Positions 18,391 to 27,287 of a stretch of 50,746 nucleotides of DNA are shown in pieces. The notes under the pieces are model-generated. The model did not search any database and had not been told where the DNA came from. It saw nothing but the letters and a program-made list of their open reading frames with translations. A program made the position numbers and the translations under genes. The DNA is from a virus (lineage: Duplodnaviria; Caudoviricetes): IMG/VR virus record IMGVR_UViG_3300048998_000054, positions 1 through 50,746 of that record; one strand, given 5' to 3'. The stretch's first letter is position 1; each line of letters begins with the position of its first letter.

Positions 18391-18626
18391 GCTACGATGC
18401 TCCTACCCTACAAGAATTTCTAGATGGGTATGAGATTGCGGTTCCACTAGAAGACACAGACAACTACAGGCTAATCGCCTACCGATATTACAAAGCCACG
18501 GGTTACTTCCATATGAGAGACCTTTCTTACGGCGGCATGTGCATGTCGCAGGACACCTTTACCATGCAGCAGGCCACTACGTTCTACCTGTATGTCGCAC
18601 CGAACCCTCAGGAGTATGCTTCATGA
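18387..18626 (+). CDS. Hypothetical protein
   Basis: ATGA coupled to the primase start. Confidence 0.6.
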   Translation: MSYDAPTLQEFLDGYEIAVPLEDTDNYRLIAYRYYKATGYFHMRDLSYGGMCMSQDTFTMQQATTFYLYVAPNPQEYAS

Positions 18627-20644
18627 GTAAATTAACCACAGTGGCGCAGGTGAAGGCCGCCATGCTGGCAAAGATAGAGGGCAGCCTCCTCACAGAAAAA
18701 GATGCTGTGAAGTTGAAGTTCAAACCGCTTACGGCCGTAGAAGTTAAAAAGCTGAACGTACCGGCCGCCGTGGCGGGGTTTGTGCTGCCATACTTCACGC
18801 TGGACGGCAAGGTTAGCAAGTTCTGGCGGGTACGTTACTTGGAAGACACCCGCAAGGGCTTTGATGTACTCAACGGCCGCAAGCCGCTGCGCTACGTGCA
18901 GCCAGATGGCGGTGTGAATGAAGTGTACCTGCCACCGTTCCAGGATTGGCGGCATCAGGCAGAGAACGCAACCTGCCCACTCATTATTACCGAGGGCGAA
19001 CTGAAAGCCGCCTGCGCCACACGGCTGGGGCTGCCTACCATTGGGCTGGGCGGGGTGTACAGCTTTAAGAGCAAGAAGAACAGAGAGAGCCTGCTGCCCA
19101 TGCTGCGGGAGTTTGTCTGGAAAGACCGTGAAGTGACCATATGCTACGACAGCGATGCAATCTCCAACCCGCTGGTTATCCTTGCAGAGAACCAACTGGC
19201 GACGGTGCTTACGGGCATGGGCGCTGTGGTAAAAATTGCACGCATACCCCCCGGCGAGGACGGAGCCAAAATGGGCCTGGACGATTATATTATCGCCCAT
19301 GGTGCGGACTCCCTAATGGAGCTGGTAAAGGCCGCCAGTAACTTCGGGCTGTGTTTTGCTTTGCACCAGATGAACGAGCAAGTGGCCTACGTGCGCAACC
19401 CCGGCTTTGTGTATGACTTTAAAGCCAGCATGCGGGTGGGCTGCGTGCCGTTCCTCCAGCACAGCTTTGCCAACCATTGGTTCTGGGATTACACCGGCGA
19501 CAAGCCCCTGCGCAAGCAGACCGCCGTAGAGTGGCTGAAGTGGGAGCACCGCACAGAGCTGGAGGCCGTTACCTTTGCGCCGGGGCAGCCAAAAATTGCA
19601 GACCGCAAACTCAACCAGTGGGAAGGTTGGCCCATAGAACCAAAGAAGGGCAACGTGCAGCCATGGAAGGATTTGCTAGCGCACCTGTTTAAGAACACCG
19701 AGCCCGAAGCGCGGAAGTGGTTTGAGCAGTGGTGCGCCTACCCCCTGCAAAACCCAGGAGGGAAAATGGCTAGCTGCGCGCTGCTATGGGGCACGGTGCA
19801 GGGCAGCGGCAAGACACTGGTCGGGCACACGCTGATGCGCATATACGGTAAGTACAGCAGCGAGATTACCGATGCCGAGATTGAAGATGACCGCTTTGAC
19901 TGGGCCGAGAACATGCAGTTTATTCTGGCCGATGATATTACAGGGTCCAGCAACCGGAAGCTCGCCAACCGGTTAAAGACAATGATAACCCAGAAGACCC
20001 TGAAGATTAACCCGAAGTATATCCCACGCTACAGCGTGCCGGATTGTTTGAACTATTACTTTACATCTAACAGCCCGGACGCCTTCTACATGGACGACGG
20101 AGACCGACGCAACTTTATCCACGAGGTGCGGGCCGGTAAAATCCCTACGCAGCAGCGCATAGAGTACGTGGCATGGCGGGACAGTGATGCCGGAGCGGCG
20201 GCGTTGTTCCATTACCTGCTGGACCTGGACCTAAGCGACTTTGACCCGCAGGCAGAACCATTCGTCACCCACGCCAAAACCGAAATGATGCAGATTACCA
20301 AGAGCGACCTTGGTAGCTGGGTTGGCGATCTGCGCAACTTCCCAGAGCGGCTTAAGCTGCCGGGGGATTTGTTCACGGCTGGCGAGCTGCTGCTTTGCTA
20401 CGACCCCGCCGCAACCGGTAAGGTAACAGCCAACGGCATGGCGCGTGAGCTTAAGAAAGCTGGCTACCGTGCGCCGGGTGAAAAAGGCTTTGCGACTCAA
20501 ACGAAGTTTGGCACAATGCGGCTATACGCCATGAAAAACGTGCGGCAGTGGGAAACAGCGCCAGTGAAGAAAATTGTAGAGCACTACGAAGGTAACAGGA
20601 GCATGGAGCCGACATCGAAAGGTAAAGGCATTAAGAAGTATTAA
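18623..20644 (+). CDS. Primase-helicase (Toprim/DUF3854-like N-terminus plus P-loop helicase)
   Basis: IITEGELKA, ICYDSD and GLDD Toprim motifs; GTVQGSGKT Walker A; FTSN and DRR; AGGAG RBS before ATG 18623. Confidence 0.88.
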   Translation: MSKLTTVAQVKAAMLAKIEGSLLTEKDAVKLKFKPLTAVEVKKLNVPAAVAGFVLPYFTLDGKVSKFWRVRYLEDTRKGFDVLNGRKPLRYVQPDGGVNEVYLPPFQDWRHQAENATCPLIITEGELKAACATRLGLPTIGLGGVYSFKSKKNRESLLPMLREFVWKDREVTICYDSDAISNPLVILAENQLATVLTGMGAVVKIARIPPGEDGAKMGLDDYIIAHGADSLMELVKAASNFGLCFALHQMNEQVAYVRNPGFVYDFKASMRVGCVPFLQHSFANHWFWDYTGDKPLRKQTAVEWLKWEHRTELEAVTFAPGQPKIADRKLNQWEGWPIEPKKGNVQPWKDLLAHLFKNTEPEARKWFEQWCAYPLQNPGGKMASCALLWGTVQGSGKTLVGHTLMRIYGKYSSEITDAEIEDDRFDWAENMQFILADDITGSSNRKLANRLKTMITQKTLKINPKYIPRYSVPDCLNYYFTSNSPDAFYMDDGDRRNFIHEVRAGKIPTQQRIEYVAWRDSDAGAAALFHYLLDLDLSDFDPQAEPFVTHAKTEMMQITKSDLGSWVGDLRNFPERLKLPGDLFTAGELLLCYDPAATGKVTANGMARELKKAGYRAPGEKGFATQTKFGTMRLYAMKNVRQWETAPVKKIVEHYEGNRSMEPTSKGKGIKKY

Positions 20645-20669
20645 CGCAGCACAAACCGGGAGCAGTAAC

Positions 20670-21590
20670 ATGAACAAAACAGGCATAACCCCTCACATTG
20701 GCGGCAAGTATAATTGGGTTGGCCAACCAGAGCGGCTTATCTACATGGGCTTGTGCGAGCCGCGCAACGGGCACTGGCATCAGTTTGCAAAGATAGAAGA
20801 GCCTACGGTTGTTTGGTGCGAAGTTTTAAACGCTGATCTGTGCAAGTTAGAAGAAACGCAAGAGCACAATGACGCCACATACATAGCAGTTATTCAATTC
20901 GTACTGCGCAGCGACGTAGACGAACCGCTTACATGGCTGCGGCTGTGGAACCAAGGCGACTTTGAAGCGTGCCGCAGAGAATGGCCCGAGGCCCCAGAAG
21001 AATGTTACGTGGGTGCAGAGGCGCAACCTAACTGCCCAGCCTGCAAAGGTAATGACGGCGACATGCCATGCGCTTACCCTTCTGGCAGTAAGCCGGGCTG
21101 TTTGCGCGACGCACGGCTCGCCACGCAGGTAGCGCAGCCGAGCGATACACCAGCAACGACGGCAAAGGAATTCATCGCTGACATGAAACAACGACTTGCG
21201 TATGGCCCGAATGATGAGGCTGCAATTGGAGCGTACGACTTGCTTGATGAATTTGCAGCATGCATACCTAAAGACGATGCGGAGAAAGTCTGCGTAATGA
21301 ATTGCGGCCCTCATAAAGATGATGTGCGCAGCAAAGCTCAACGTATGGCAGAGTGTACGGATTGTGGGACAGCAGCGAAGCCCAGTGGGAGCATCGACCC
21401 GCTGCTTGCCGATCAACTCTGGAGCGGTATTTACACTTACGGTAAGAACCCACACGGTGTCGGTTATGTCGTGTGGGACACGCTCCACAACACAGTGCTG
21501 CGCAGGGACTTTCAAGAGCAAGCCCGCGATGAATGCTTGGCGCTGCAAGCCAAGTTTGACGCCTACAAGGAAGGAAAGAAAAATGGATAA
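20670..21590 (+). CDS. Hypothetical mosaic Cys-rich protein
   Basis: 306 aa with GGGAG RBS; several short Cys-containing modules. Confidence 0.65.
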   Translation: MNKTGITPHIGGKYNWVGQPERLIYMGLCEPRNGHWHQFAKIEEPTVVWCEVLNADLCKLEETQEHNDATYIAVIQFVLRSDVDEPLTWLRLWNQGDFEACRREWPEAPEECYVGAEAQPNCPACKGNDGDMPCAYPSGSKPGCLRDARLATQVAQPSDTPATTAKEFIADMKQRLAYGPNDEAAIGAYDLLDEFAACIPKDDAEKVCVMNCGPHKDDVRSKAQRMAECTDCGTAAKPSGSIDPLLADQLWSGIYTYGKNPHGVGYVVWDTLHNTVLRRDFQEQARDECLALQAKFDAYKEGKKNG

Positions 21591-22059
21591 CGTGAACGAA
21601 ACAGGGCTGCCACAAAGTGAGATCGTTAGGCTGTGGGGTGAATGCGGGGCTGGACAATTCCTTGATTTTGCCCGCGCCATTGAGAAAGCAGTTCGCGCCG
21701 CATTGTCGCAACCATCCGCGCGCCCCGCCAACATTGAGTATAAGTTTGGTGAGGTTGCTTTAATCGCAAATGGCGGGGCGTCTGTTGACAATGTTCTTAT
21801 CAGCCAAGCTAATGCTCACCCGGTTCGGGCTGTGCATGTCCAAAAACTTGCTCGATCATTTCTGAATGATGACGAAGTTGCCCGCATGAAATACGAAACT
21901 GAATTCGATGCCGGTGACGGTTTCGCTAGCACGCAGTTAGCATACCGTTATGCAGAGAGAGGCGGCTTAGAGTTCGACAGTGTCGGGCTTGCCAATTTAC
22001 TGGAAGATTTTGCTAATGCCGCCATAGCCGCCAGCAAATCGGGCGGGGTGCAGTCATGA
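21583..22059 (+). CDS. Hypothetical protein
   Basis: AAGGA RBS before ATG 21583; FARAIEKAVRAALSQP segment is typical of phage mosaic early proteins. Confidence 0.6.
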   Translation: MDNVNETGLPQSEIVRLWGECGAGQFLDFARAIEKAVRAALSQPSARPANIEYKFGEVALIANGGASVDNVLISQANAHPVRAVHVQKLARSFLNDDEVARMKYETEFDAGDGFASTQLAYRYAERGGLEFDSVGLANLLEDFANAAIAASKSGGVQS

Positions 22060-22652
22060 CCCCCATCGACATGATTCTCTACTGCCCCCGCTGCAACGCG
22101 CAGCACGTGGACAGGCCAGACACCCCGCGCAATGACACATTTAAATTCACCATAGTGAACGGCGTCAAAATACCGCAAGCCATCGAACCCAGCATCACGC
22201 CGCTGTGGACCAACCCGCCGCATCGCAGCCATCTGTGCGATATGTGCGGGCATATTTGGCGGCCTGCGGACGTGCCCACCAACGGCGTGGAACAAATCCA
22301 AACCAAGGGCAAGGACGACAGCCCGCTGGACGGCGTGTTTATGCCGCTGGCTATGGCCGCGCCCAGCGCCACGGGAGTGGACATGCAAGAATTTCTGAAA
22401 GATATACAAACAAAACTCAGCACAATGGAAATGAAGATTATTCCATGCCAAGTGTGCGAAGCAGAACAAGTGTCCATCTCCCGGCAGGCGTGCGGAGTCT
22501 ACCAGTGTGCAGTGTGCCTGCCAGACGTAACGCCAGTGACGCACAAGTGCATAAGCTACACCGAGCACGAAGCCAGCAGACTTCTGTTCGTAGTAGAGGC
22601 TTACAAGAAGGAAGACATTGTACGCACCTTCATTGAAAGGATTTTGAAATGA
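22056..22652 (+). CDS. Hypothetical Zn-binding protein
   Basis: PIDMILYCPRCNAQHVD, WTNPPHRSHLCDMCG and further CxxC pairs. Confidence 0.7.
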   Translation: MTPIDMILYCPRCNAQHVDRPDTPRNDTFKFTIVNGVKIPQAIEPSITPLWTNPPHRSHLCDMCGHIWRPADVPTNGVEQIQTKGKDDSPLDGVFMPLAMAAPSATGVDMQEFLKDIQTKLSTMEMKIIPCQVCEAEQVSISRQACGVYQCAVCLPDVTPVTHKCISYTEHEASRLLFVVEAYKKEDIVRTFIERILK

Positions 22653-22714
22653 ACGCGCAAATTCCTTGCCTTCTTCAAAAACCTGACCAATAATTCACGG
22701 AACAGGAGAAGAGC

Positions 22715-23032
22715 ATGGCTCAAGTAAATTTTATAAATACAGCAACAGGGAAGGATTTAGACAGAATTGCTGAGCAGTGGCATGTGTACCGTTGCTTTGA
22801 TTCTTCCAGTGGTGATTTGGACTCAGATCAATCTTTACGGGCAGCGCTGGTAGCTGTCATGTTCCAAGGAGAACGCCGTGCCCCTTTACAAAATACTGAA
22901 TGGCAGAGGCAACAAGACATTCGGCCACGTGGAAACCGGCACCAGCAAGCACGGAAGCCACACGGCTTTGATAAAAACAGCCACAGCATCGTATGCGTGG
23001 AGTATCGGGAAACAGCTCGCCACGCTGAGTGA
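22715..23032 (+). CDS. Hypothetical protein with baseplate-like motif
   Basis: AGGAG RBS; ATGKDLDRIA...SDQSLRA; overlaps the next ORF by 155 nt. Confidence 0.5.
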   Translation: MAQVNFINTATGKDLDRIAEQWHVYRCFDSSSGDLDSDQSLRAALVAVMFQGERRAPLQNTEWQRQQDIRPRGNRHQQARKPHGFDKNSHSIVCVEYRETARHAE

Positions 23033-23153
23033 ATGGTGCCACCGTAAAGGGTTGCACGTTGTACCGGCGGAAACGCTAGAAGACAAGGACGAGGCTTTGG
23101 CCGTGCTTCGCCCTAACGGTAAATTGGCCTTAACCAACGGGAGCAAGAAATGA
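22878..23153 (+). CDS. Hypothetical protein
   Basis: AAGGAG RBS before GTG; ATGA coupled to the next gene. Confidence 0.55.
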   Translation: MPLYKILNGRGNKTFGHVETGTSKHGSHTALIKTATASYAWSIGKQLATLSEWCHRKGLHVVPAETLEDKDEALAVLRPNGKLALTNGSKK

Positions 23154-23389
23154 AGAAAGTATTCTGTGATTGCTGCGGCGATGAAATGGATTATAAAGAT
23201 TACCTACTCGCTGCAATCAACAAAACCAAAACGGTCACTATGGTTGGCGCTGATAATGTCAAATTGGTCTACCAAGTGAAAATTGTCGTGGACCCTTCCA
23301 GAGAAGATGGCCAGCATATTGACACATGCGGAGCCTGCGTTTGGGCCATGCTTGGCAAACTGGATACAAGACCGAGGAACGAGACATGA
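23150..23389 (+). CDS. Small Zn-binding protein
   Basis: FCDCCG...TCGAC. Confidence 0.65.
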   Translation: MKKVFCDCCGDEMDYKDYLLAAINKTKTVTMVGADNVKLVYQVKIVVDPSREDGQHIDTCGACVWAMLGKLDTRPRNET

Positions 23390-23541
23390 GCCTCCGTTCC
23401 CTCCTCTACAAAGCCGCGAGCCTGCTTGGCGATGCCAACGCCGTGCAGAAGAACAAAATCGGTCAGCGTATTGTGCGCAAAGCTGCCTACCGCACCACCA
23501 ACAAACTGCTGAACAAAGCGTTCCGCAACATCTTTAAGTGA
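23386..23541 (+). CDS. Small basic protein (51 aa)
   Basis: MSLRSLLYKAASLLGDANAVQKNKIGQRIVRK; GAGG RBS; coupled at both ends. Confidence 0.65.
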   Translation: MSLRSLLYKAASLLGDANAVQKNKIGQRIVRKAAYRTTNKLLNKAFRNIFK

Positions 23542-24026
23542 GCCGTATAATGAAACCTGTATTAATCAAGCAGCAGGGTGAGCATGACTGCTCACTGGCC
23601 TGCATTGCTATGGTGCTGGGCCTGAAGGAAGCTAAATCTGCGCTGCCACTTCTCGGCTACAGTCCTGATGAGGTTACGCCAAAGGGCGTGACAGATTTGG
23701 AAGTAGAGGCCGTAATGCGGCTCATGGGTAAGCAGTGCCACAGCGTAACCCCGCAGGAAGTGCTGGCCGCTAGCTGGGGCGTGCCTACAGGCATGGTGGG
23801 CATGCGCATCAATGTCCCAACGGAGGCGCAGTTGCGTCAAAAGCTGGGTGCAATGCAAACCGGCTGGGCCATTGTAAGTGTACCTAGCCTGAATATTCTG
23901 GGCGGCTACCACCACGTCGTCTGCTACCGTGGCGAGGTATATGACCCCAGCAACAAACTCACCTACAATGGCGGCGCGCAGAGTTTGCCAATTGGCTCAG
24001 TTATTTTTATCGAGGACTCGAAATGA
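23538..24026 (+). CDS. Peptidase C39-like cysteine protease
   Basis: Q-x4-DC (QQGEHDCSLACIAM), H-x-VV and YDP: papain-like C/H/D triad. Confidence 0.75.
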   Translation: MSRIMKPVLIKQQGEHDCSLACIAMVLGLKEAKSALPLLGYSPDEVTPKGVTDLEVEAVMRLMGKQCHSVTPQEVLAASWGVPTGMVGMRINVPTEAQLRQKLGAMQTGWAIVSVPSLNILGGYHHVVCYRGEVYDPSNKLTYNGGAQSLPIGSVIFIEDSK

Positions 24027-24328
24027 CTTTCAAACTTCCACACCACATTGCCAACAGTGACGGCTCCATAACGCTATTGGCAGATTTAAGCAATGAAACT
24101 CTGGCTGGGATCATTGTTGACATCCGTGCTTCGGGCTACATAAGTTACGTAGAGTGGCGAGCAGCCGGGCGCAACCTGATGGAAACTGGCACCTGCACGG
24201 ACGAGCAGTTTGACGCTTGGGTGCAGCGCGGTGTTACGGTTACGATAGACGCTGTGGAAGCAGAATTGCAGCGCCGGGCGGAGCAGCCTGCAATAACCCA
24301 CGGCACCCGCCTGAGTGTAGTGAAATGA
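24023..24328 (+). CDS. Hypothetical protein ending in RLSVVK
   Basis: 101 aa with GAGGA RBS; coupled to both neighbours. Confidence 0.65.
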   Translation: MTFKLPHHIANSDGSITLLADLSNETLAGIIVDIRASGYISYVEWRAAGRNLMETGTCTDEQFDAWVQRGVTVTIDAVEAELQRRAEQPAITHGTRLSVVK

Positions 24329-24654
24329 AGCTCCTTAACCACTACGCCACGCTGGGCGTGCATAAAGCCAGCACGGATGCCGAAGTGAAGGCAGCCCACG
24401 GCCTGCTCGCCAAAGCGCACCATCCAGACCTGCACAAGAACAACCCGGCCAAGGCCGCCAAAATGGCTGACATCAACGTGGCCTACAACGTGCTCAAGAA
24501 CCCCAAAACACGCAAGGAGTATGACAAGCAACTTGCGCTGTTTGGCAGTAAGTGCCCCGCCTGTGAAGGTAAGGCAGTAACTATGAAGCAGAAAGGTTTC
24601 AGCAAGAAAATTGCCAGCCCCTGCACAACCTGCGCCGGAACCGGCGTGCTCTAG
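24325..24654 (+). CDS. J-domain protein with C-terminal CxxCxG Zn motifs
   Basis: HYATLGV...HHPDL...INVAYNVLKNPKTRKEYD; CPACEG and CTTCAGTG. Confidence 0.88.
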   Translation: MKLLNHYATLGVHKASTDAEVKAAHGLLAKAHHPDLHKNNPAKAAKMADINVAYNVLKNPKTRKEYDKQLALFGSKCPACEGKAVTMKQKGFSKKIASPCTTCAGTGVL

Positions 24655-24663
24655 GAGAGAGAC

Positions 24664-24840
24664 ATGCAAACAGTTACAGAACGTTACAAGTTGCTGGCGG
24701 AGTTACGGCCAAGCCGGGTGCATCTTGCCTGCTCCCAGGCGTTCAATTACACGCCGATGCCAATGCTGTTCGCGGTACATAACAGCGCACGCGGCACTCG
24801 CCTCGTTATCGACAAGTACGTGACAGAGGTGCAGGCATGA
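24664..24840 (+). CDS. Hypothetical protein (58 aa)
   Basis: AGGAG RBS; manual translation MQTVTERYKLL; ATGA coupled. Confidence 0.5.
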   Translation: MQTVTERYKLLAELRPSRVHLACSQAFNYTPMPMLFAVHNSARGTRLVIDKYVTEVQA

Positions 24841-25040
24841 AAACCAAAATTGAAACGCCGGTAGATATTCAGGACGACTTTGCGCAAAGCAAAGAGTGGA
24901 CGATGTCGCAGAAGCTCAAGGACTTGGAAGAGTCTAACGACAAGGCGCTGGGCTGGTTCAAAGGTTTTCTGTTCGCAGTGGGGTTGCAGGCGGCTGTGCT
25001 GTGCGTCGTATACCTGTACGTTAAATGGGGGCGGGGATGA
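24837..25040 (+). CDS. Small membrane protein
   Basis: C-terminal hydrophobic helix. Confidence 0.6.
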   Translation: MKTKIETPVDIQDDFAQSKEWTMSQKLKDLEESNDKALGWFKGFLFAVGLQAAVLCVVYLYVKWGRG

Positions 25041-25339
25041 GCATCTTAAATTGGGAGCGCGTAGACAAAGATGAGCCCAGCATTGCCAGAGCCAAAGTGC
25101 CGGGCGGCTGGCTCGTACGTGAGCATTTTGATGTAGCTCATATCGGGCCGGAGTTAAACGAGTACATTACCACGGGCTATGACTGGCGCGCTACCATGTG
25201 CTTCGTGCCAGACCCTCACCATGCATGGGGCTCTGAACCCACCCCGTTCAAAAAATATTTAAAGTTGGCTGTGCAGTTGCTTCTATGGTTCGCACTAGGC
25301 GGCTTTGCGCTCGGCTTGCTAGCGGGATGGTTACGATGA
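25037..25339 (+). CDS. Hypothetical membrane-anchored protein
   Basis: RAKVPGGWLV...FVPDPHHAW plus a C-terminal hydrophobic helix. Confidence 0.65.
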   Translation: MSILNWERVDKDEPSIARAKVPGGWLVREHFDVAHIGPELNEYITTGYDWRATMCFVPDPHHAWGSEPTPFKKYLKLAVQLLLWFALGGFALGLLAGWLR

Positions 25340-26235
25340 AGCCCGGCTTCAAGCCCATGTTGGCATCCACCGTAGATGATACTTCGCTACTCACATTCCC
25401 GTTGCTGGCGAGCCCAAAGTTGGACGGCATCCGGGCAGTGGTGGGCGATGGCAAGCTGCTGAGCCGCAACCTTAAGGATATCCCTAACCACTACTCCCAG
25501 ATGATGTTCGGGGTCAGCAGCCTTAACAACATGGATGGTGAGCTTGTAGTAGGCTCGGCTTGTGGCGAGGGTGTGTTCAACCGAACATCCAGCGGTGTGA
25601 TGTCTCGTGAAGGAGTGCCAGATGTAACCTTCTATGTGTTTGACAGCTTTACTGACCCGCGAAGCGAATTTGTACGCCGCCATGCATCGCTCAAGACACG
25701 GCTGTCCAAGCTGAAGTTTGCCGCCAAAGTGGTTGTCGTGCCGCACGTAGAAGTCAATTCTTTGGAAGAGTTGACAACGCTAGAAGCCAAGTGGTTAGCG
25801 CAGGGCTTTGAAGGCGTTATGCTGCGCAGCCGGAACGGCGAGTACAAATACGGCCGGTCTACTCCTACTCAGGGCTGGCTGATGAAGCTCAAACAATTCG
25901 CGGATAGCGAAGCCGTTATCGTTGACATTGAAGAGCAGATGGCAAACACAAACGAAGCCACTAAAGATGCTCTGGGCCGTACTGAGCGTTCCAGCAAGAA
26001 GGCGGGGCTGAAGGGTAAGGGCACGCTAGGCAGCCTGTTGGTGAAGGACATGCATACCGGCGTTGTGTTTAACATTGGAACGGGCATGTCCGACGAGCTC
26101 AGAGCGTCTCTGTGGGATGTTGGTTTGCTGAGCCTGCGCACAAGGGTAGTTAAATACAGCTACTTCCCCAGCGGCTCCAAAGAGAAGCCTCGGTTCCCTG
26201 TATTTATAGGGTTCCGCGACCCAATTGATTTATAA
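25336..26235 (+). CDS. ATP-dependent DNA ligase
   Basis: KLDGIR (motif I), DGEL, FYVFD, EGVMLR, LMKLK, PRFPVF. Confidence 0.93.
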   Translation: MKPGFKPMLASTVDDTSLLTFPLLASPKLDGIRAVVGDGKLLSRNLKDIPNHYSQMMFGVSSLNNMDGELVVGSACGEGVFNRTSSGVMSREGVPDVTFYVFDSFTDPRSEFVRRHASLKTRLSKLKFAAKVVVVPHVEVNSLEELTTLEAKWLAQGFEGVMLRSRNGEYKYGRSTPTQGWLMKLKQFADSEAVIVDIEEQMANTNEATKDALGRTERSSKKAGLKGKGTLGSLLVKDMHTGVVFNIGTGMSDELRASLWDVGLLSLRTRVVKYSYFPSGSKEKPRFPVFIGFRDPIDL

Positions 26236-26246
26236 AATAACAACGC

Positions 26247-26276
26247 TTTACAACCGTGTAATTTTACGGTTATAAT
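26247..26276 (+). promoter_or_regulatory. Sigma70-like promoter
   Basis: TTTACA (26247-52), 18 nt spacer, TATAAT (26271-76). Confidence 0.6.
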
Positions 26277-26420
26277 TGCGGGCACCTGTAAGTAACGTAT
26301 ATTCGTTCAGCCAACGCCTAACCGGAGGTTATATGAAAATCGTTGCGTAAAGCGCAGCCGTACCAGTGCGGATTGTACACTGGACGTCCTCTAGTCACTT
26401 AATCAACCGGGAGCAACACT

Positions 26421-26831
26421 ATGGCTAATGCCAAACTCAATAAGTTGAAAATCCCCAAGGCGCTTGGCGCTGCCGGGGAGCTCTACATATCCACCCGCGA
26501 TGCACGCCTCGCACTGCAGAAACAGGTGGATGCTCTTGAAGAGCATGAAAAATTGCTCAAGCAGCACATCATAGACACCACGCCAAAATCTTCAGCCACT
26601 GGCGTCGTCACCAAACTCGGCACTCTCAAGGTCGTTACCAAGGTCGTCCCACAAGTGGCGGACTGGGATAAGTTCTACGAGTACGTTGCCAAGAACAAAA
26701 AGAAGGGCGGCTTTGCGCTGCTCAACCGTGCGGTCAACGCCGGGGCGGTCAAGGAAATTTGGGATGCAGGCAAGGAAGTCCCAGGCGTTAAATCCTTCAC
26801 AGCAGTAACTCTTTCAATCAGCAAGAACTAA
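26421..26831 (+). CDS. Hypothetical replication-module protein
   Basis: 136 aa; coiled N-terminus, PQVADWDKFYEYV, VPGV; GGGAG RBS. Confidence 0.75.
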   Translation: MANAKLNKLKIPKALGAAGELYISTRDARLALQKQVDALEEHEKLLKQHIIDTTPKSSATGVVTKLGTLKVVTKVVPQVADWDKFYEYVAKNKKKGGFALLNRAVNAGAVKEIWDAGKEVPGVKSFTAVTLSISKN

Positions 26832-26844
26832 TCAGGAGCTTCTC

Positions 26845-27285
26845 TTGGAACAAACACAAAAACCGCCTGAGGGTGGAGTGGTAGACTTTGACGCGCTCTG
26901 CGCTGCCCTCAAGCACAAAGGCTTGGAACCCAAAGATATTATCGAGGCCGAGCTGCTGCATATCGCCACGTTGATGGTAAGTTCTCAGGTGCAGAATTGC
27001 TCAGCCCGCAAGCGCAAGGTCATGCCGCTGTTGTTTAAGCTGGCAGCAGGCCAAGGCGAGGAAGCTCTGCACCTGCTGGAAGGTGAAGTCATTCTCATGG
27101 CTATGCCTGCGCAATTGCTCGGTGTTATCGGCGCTATGTGCAGCCACGGGGTTATGGACAAAGAGCGGGCGGCCAAAAACTGGAAGCTCGTGGAAGAATA
27201 TTTGGACACCGTTATCGGCACAGTTACAGAAGCCGAAAAGGCTCTCCGTGAGCTGGTCGATTTGGCTATCATCAAGCCTGATTAA
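26845..27285 (+). CDS. Hypothetical protein
   Basis: AGGAG RBS before TTG. Confidence 0.6.
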   Translation: MEQTQKPPEGGVVDFDALCAALKHKGLEPKDIIEAELLHIATLMVSSQVQNCSARKRKVMPLLFKLAAGQGEEALHLLEGEVILMAMPAQLLGVIGAMCSHGVMDKERAAKNWKLVEEYLDTVIGTVTEAEKALRELVDLAIIKPD

Positions 27286-27287
27286 CC

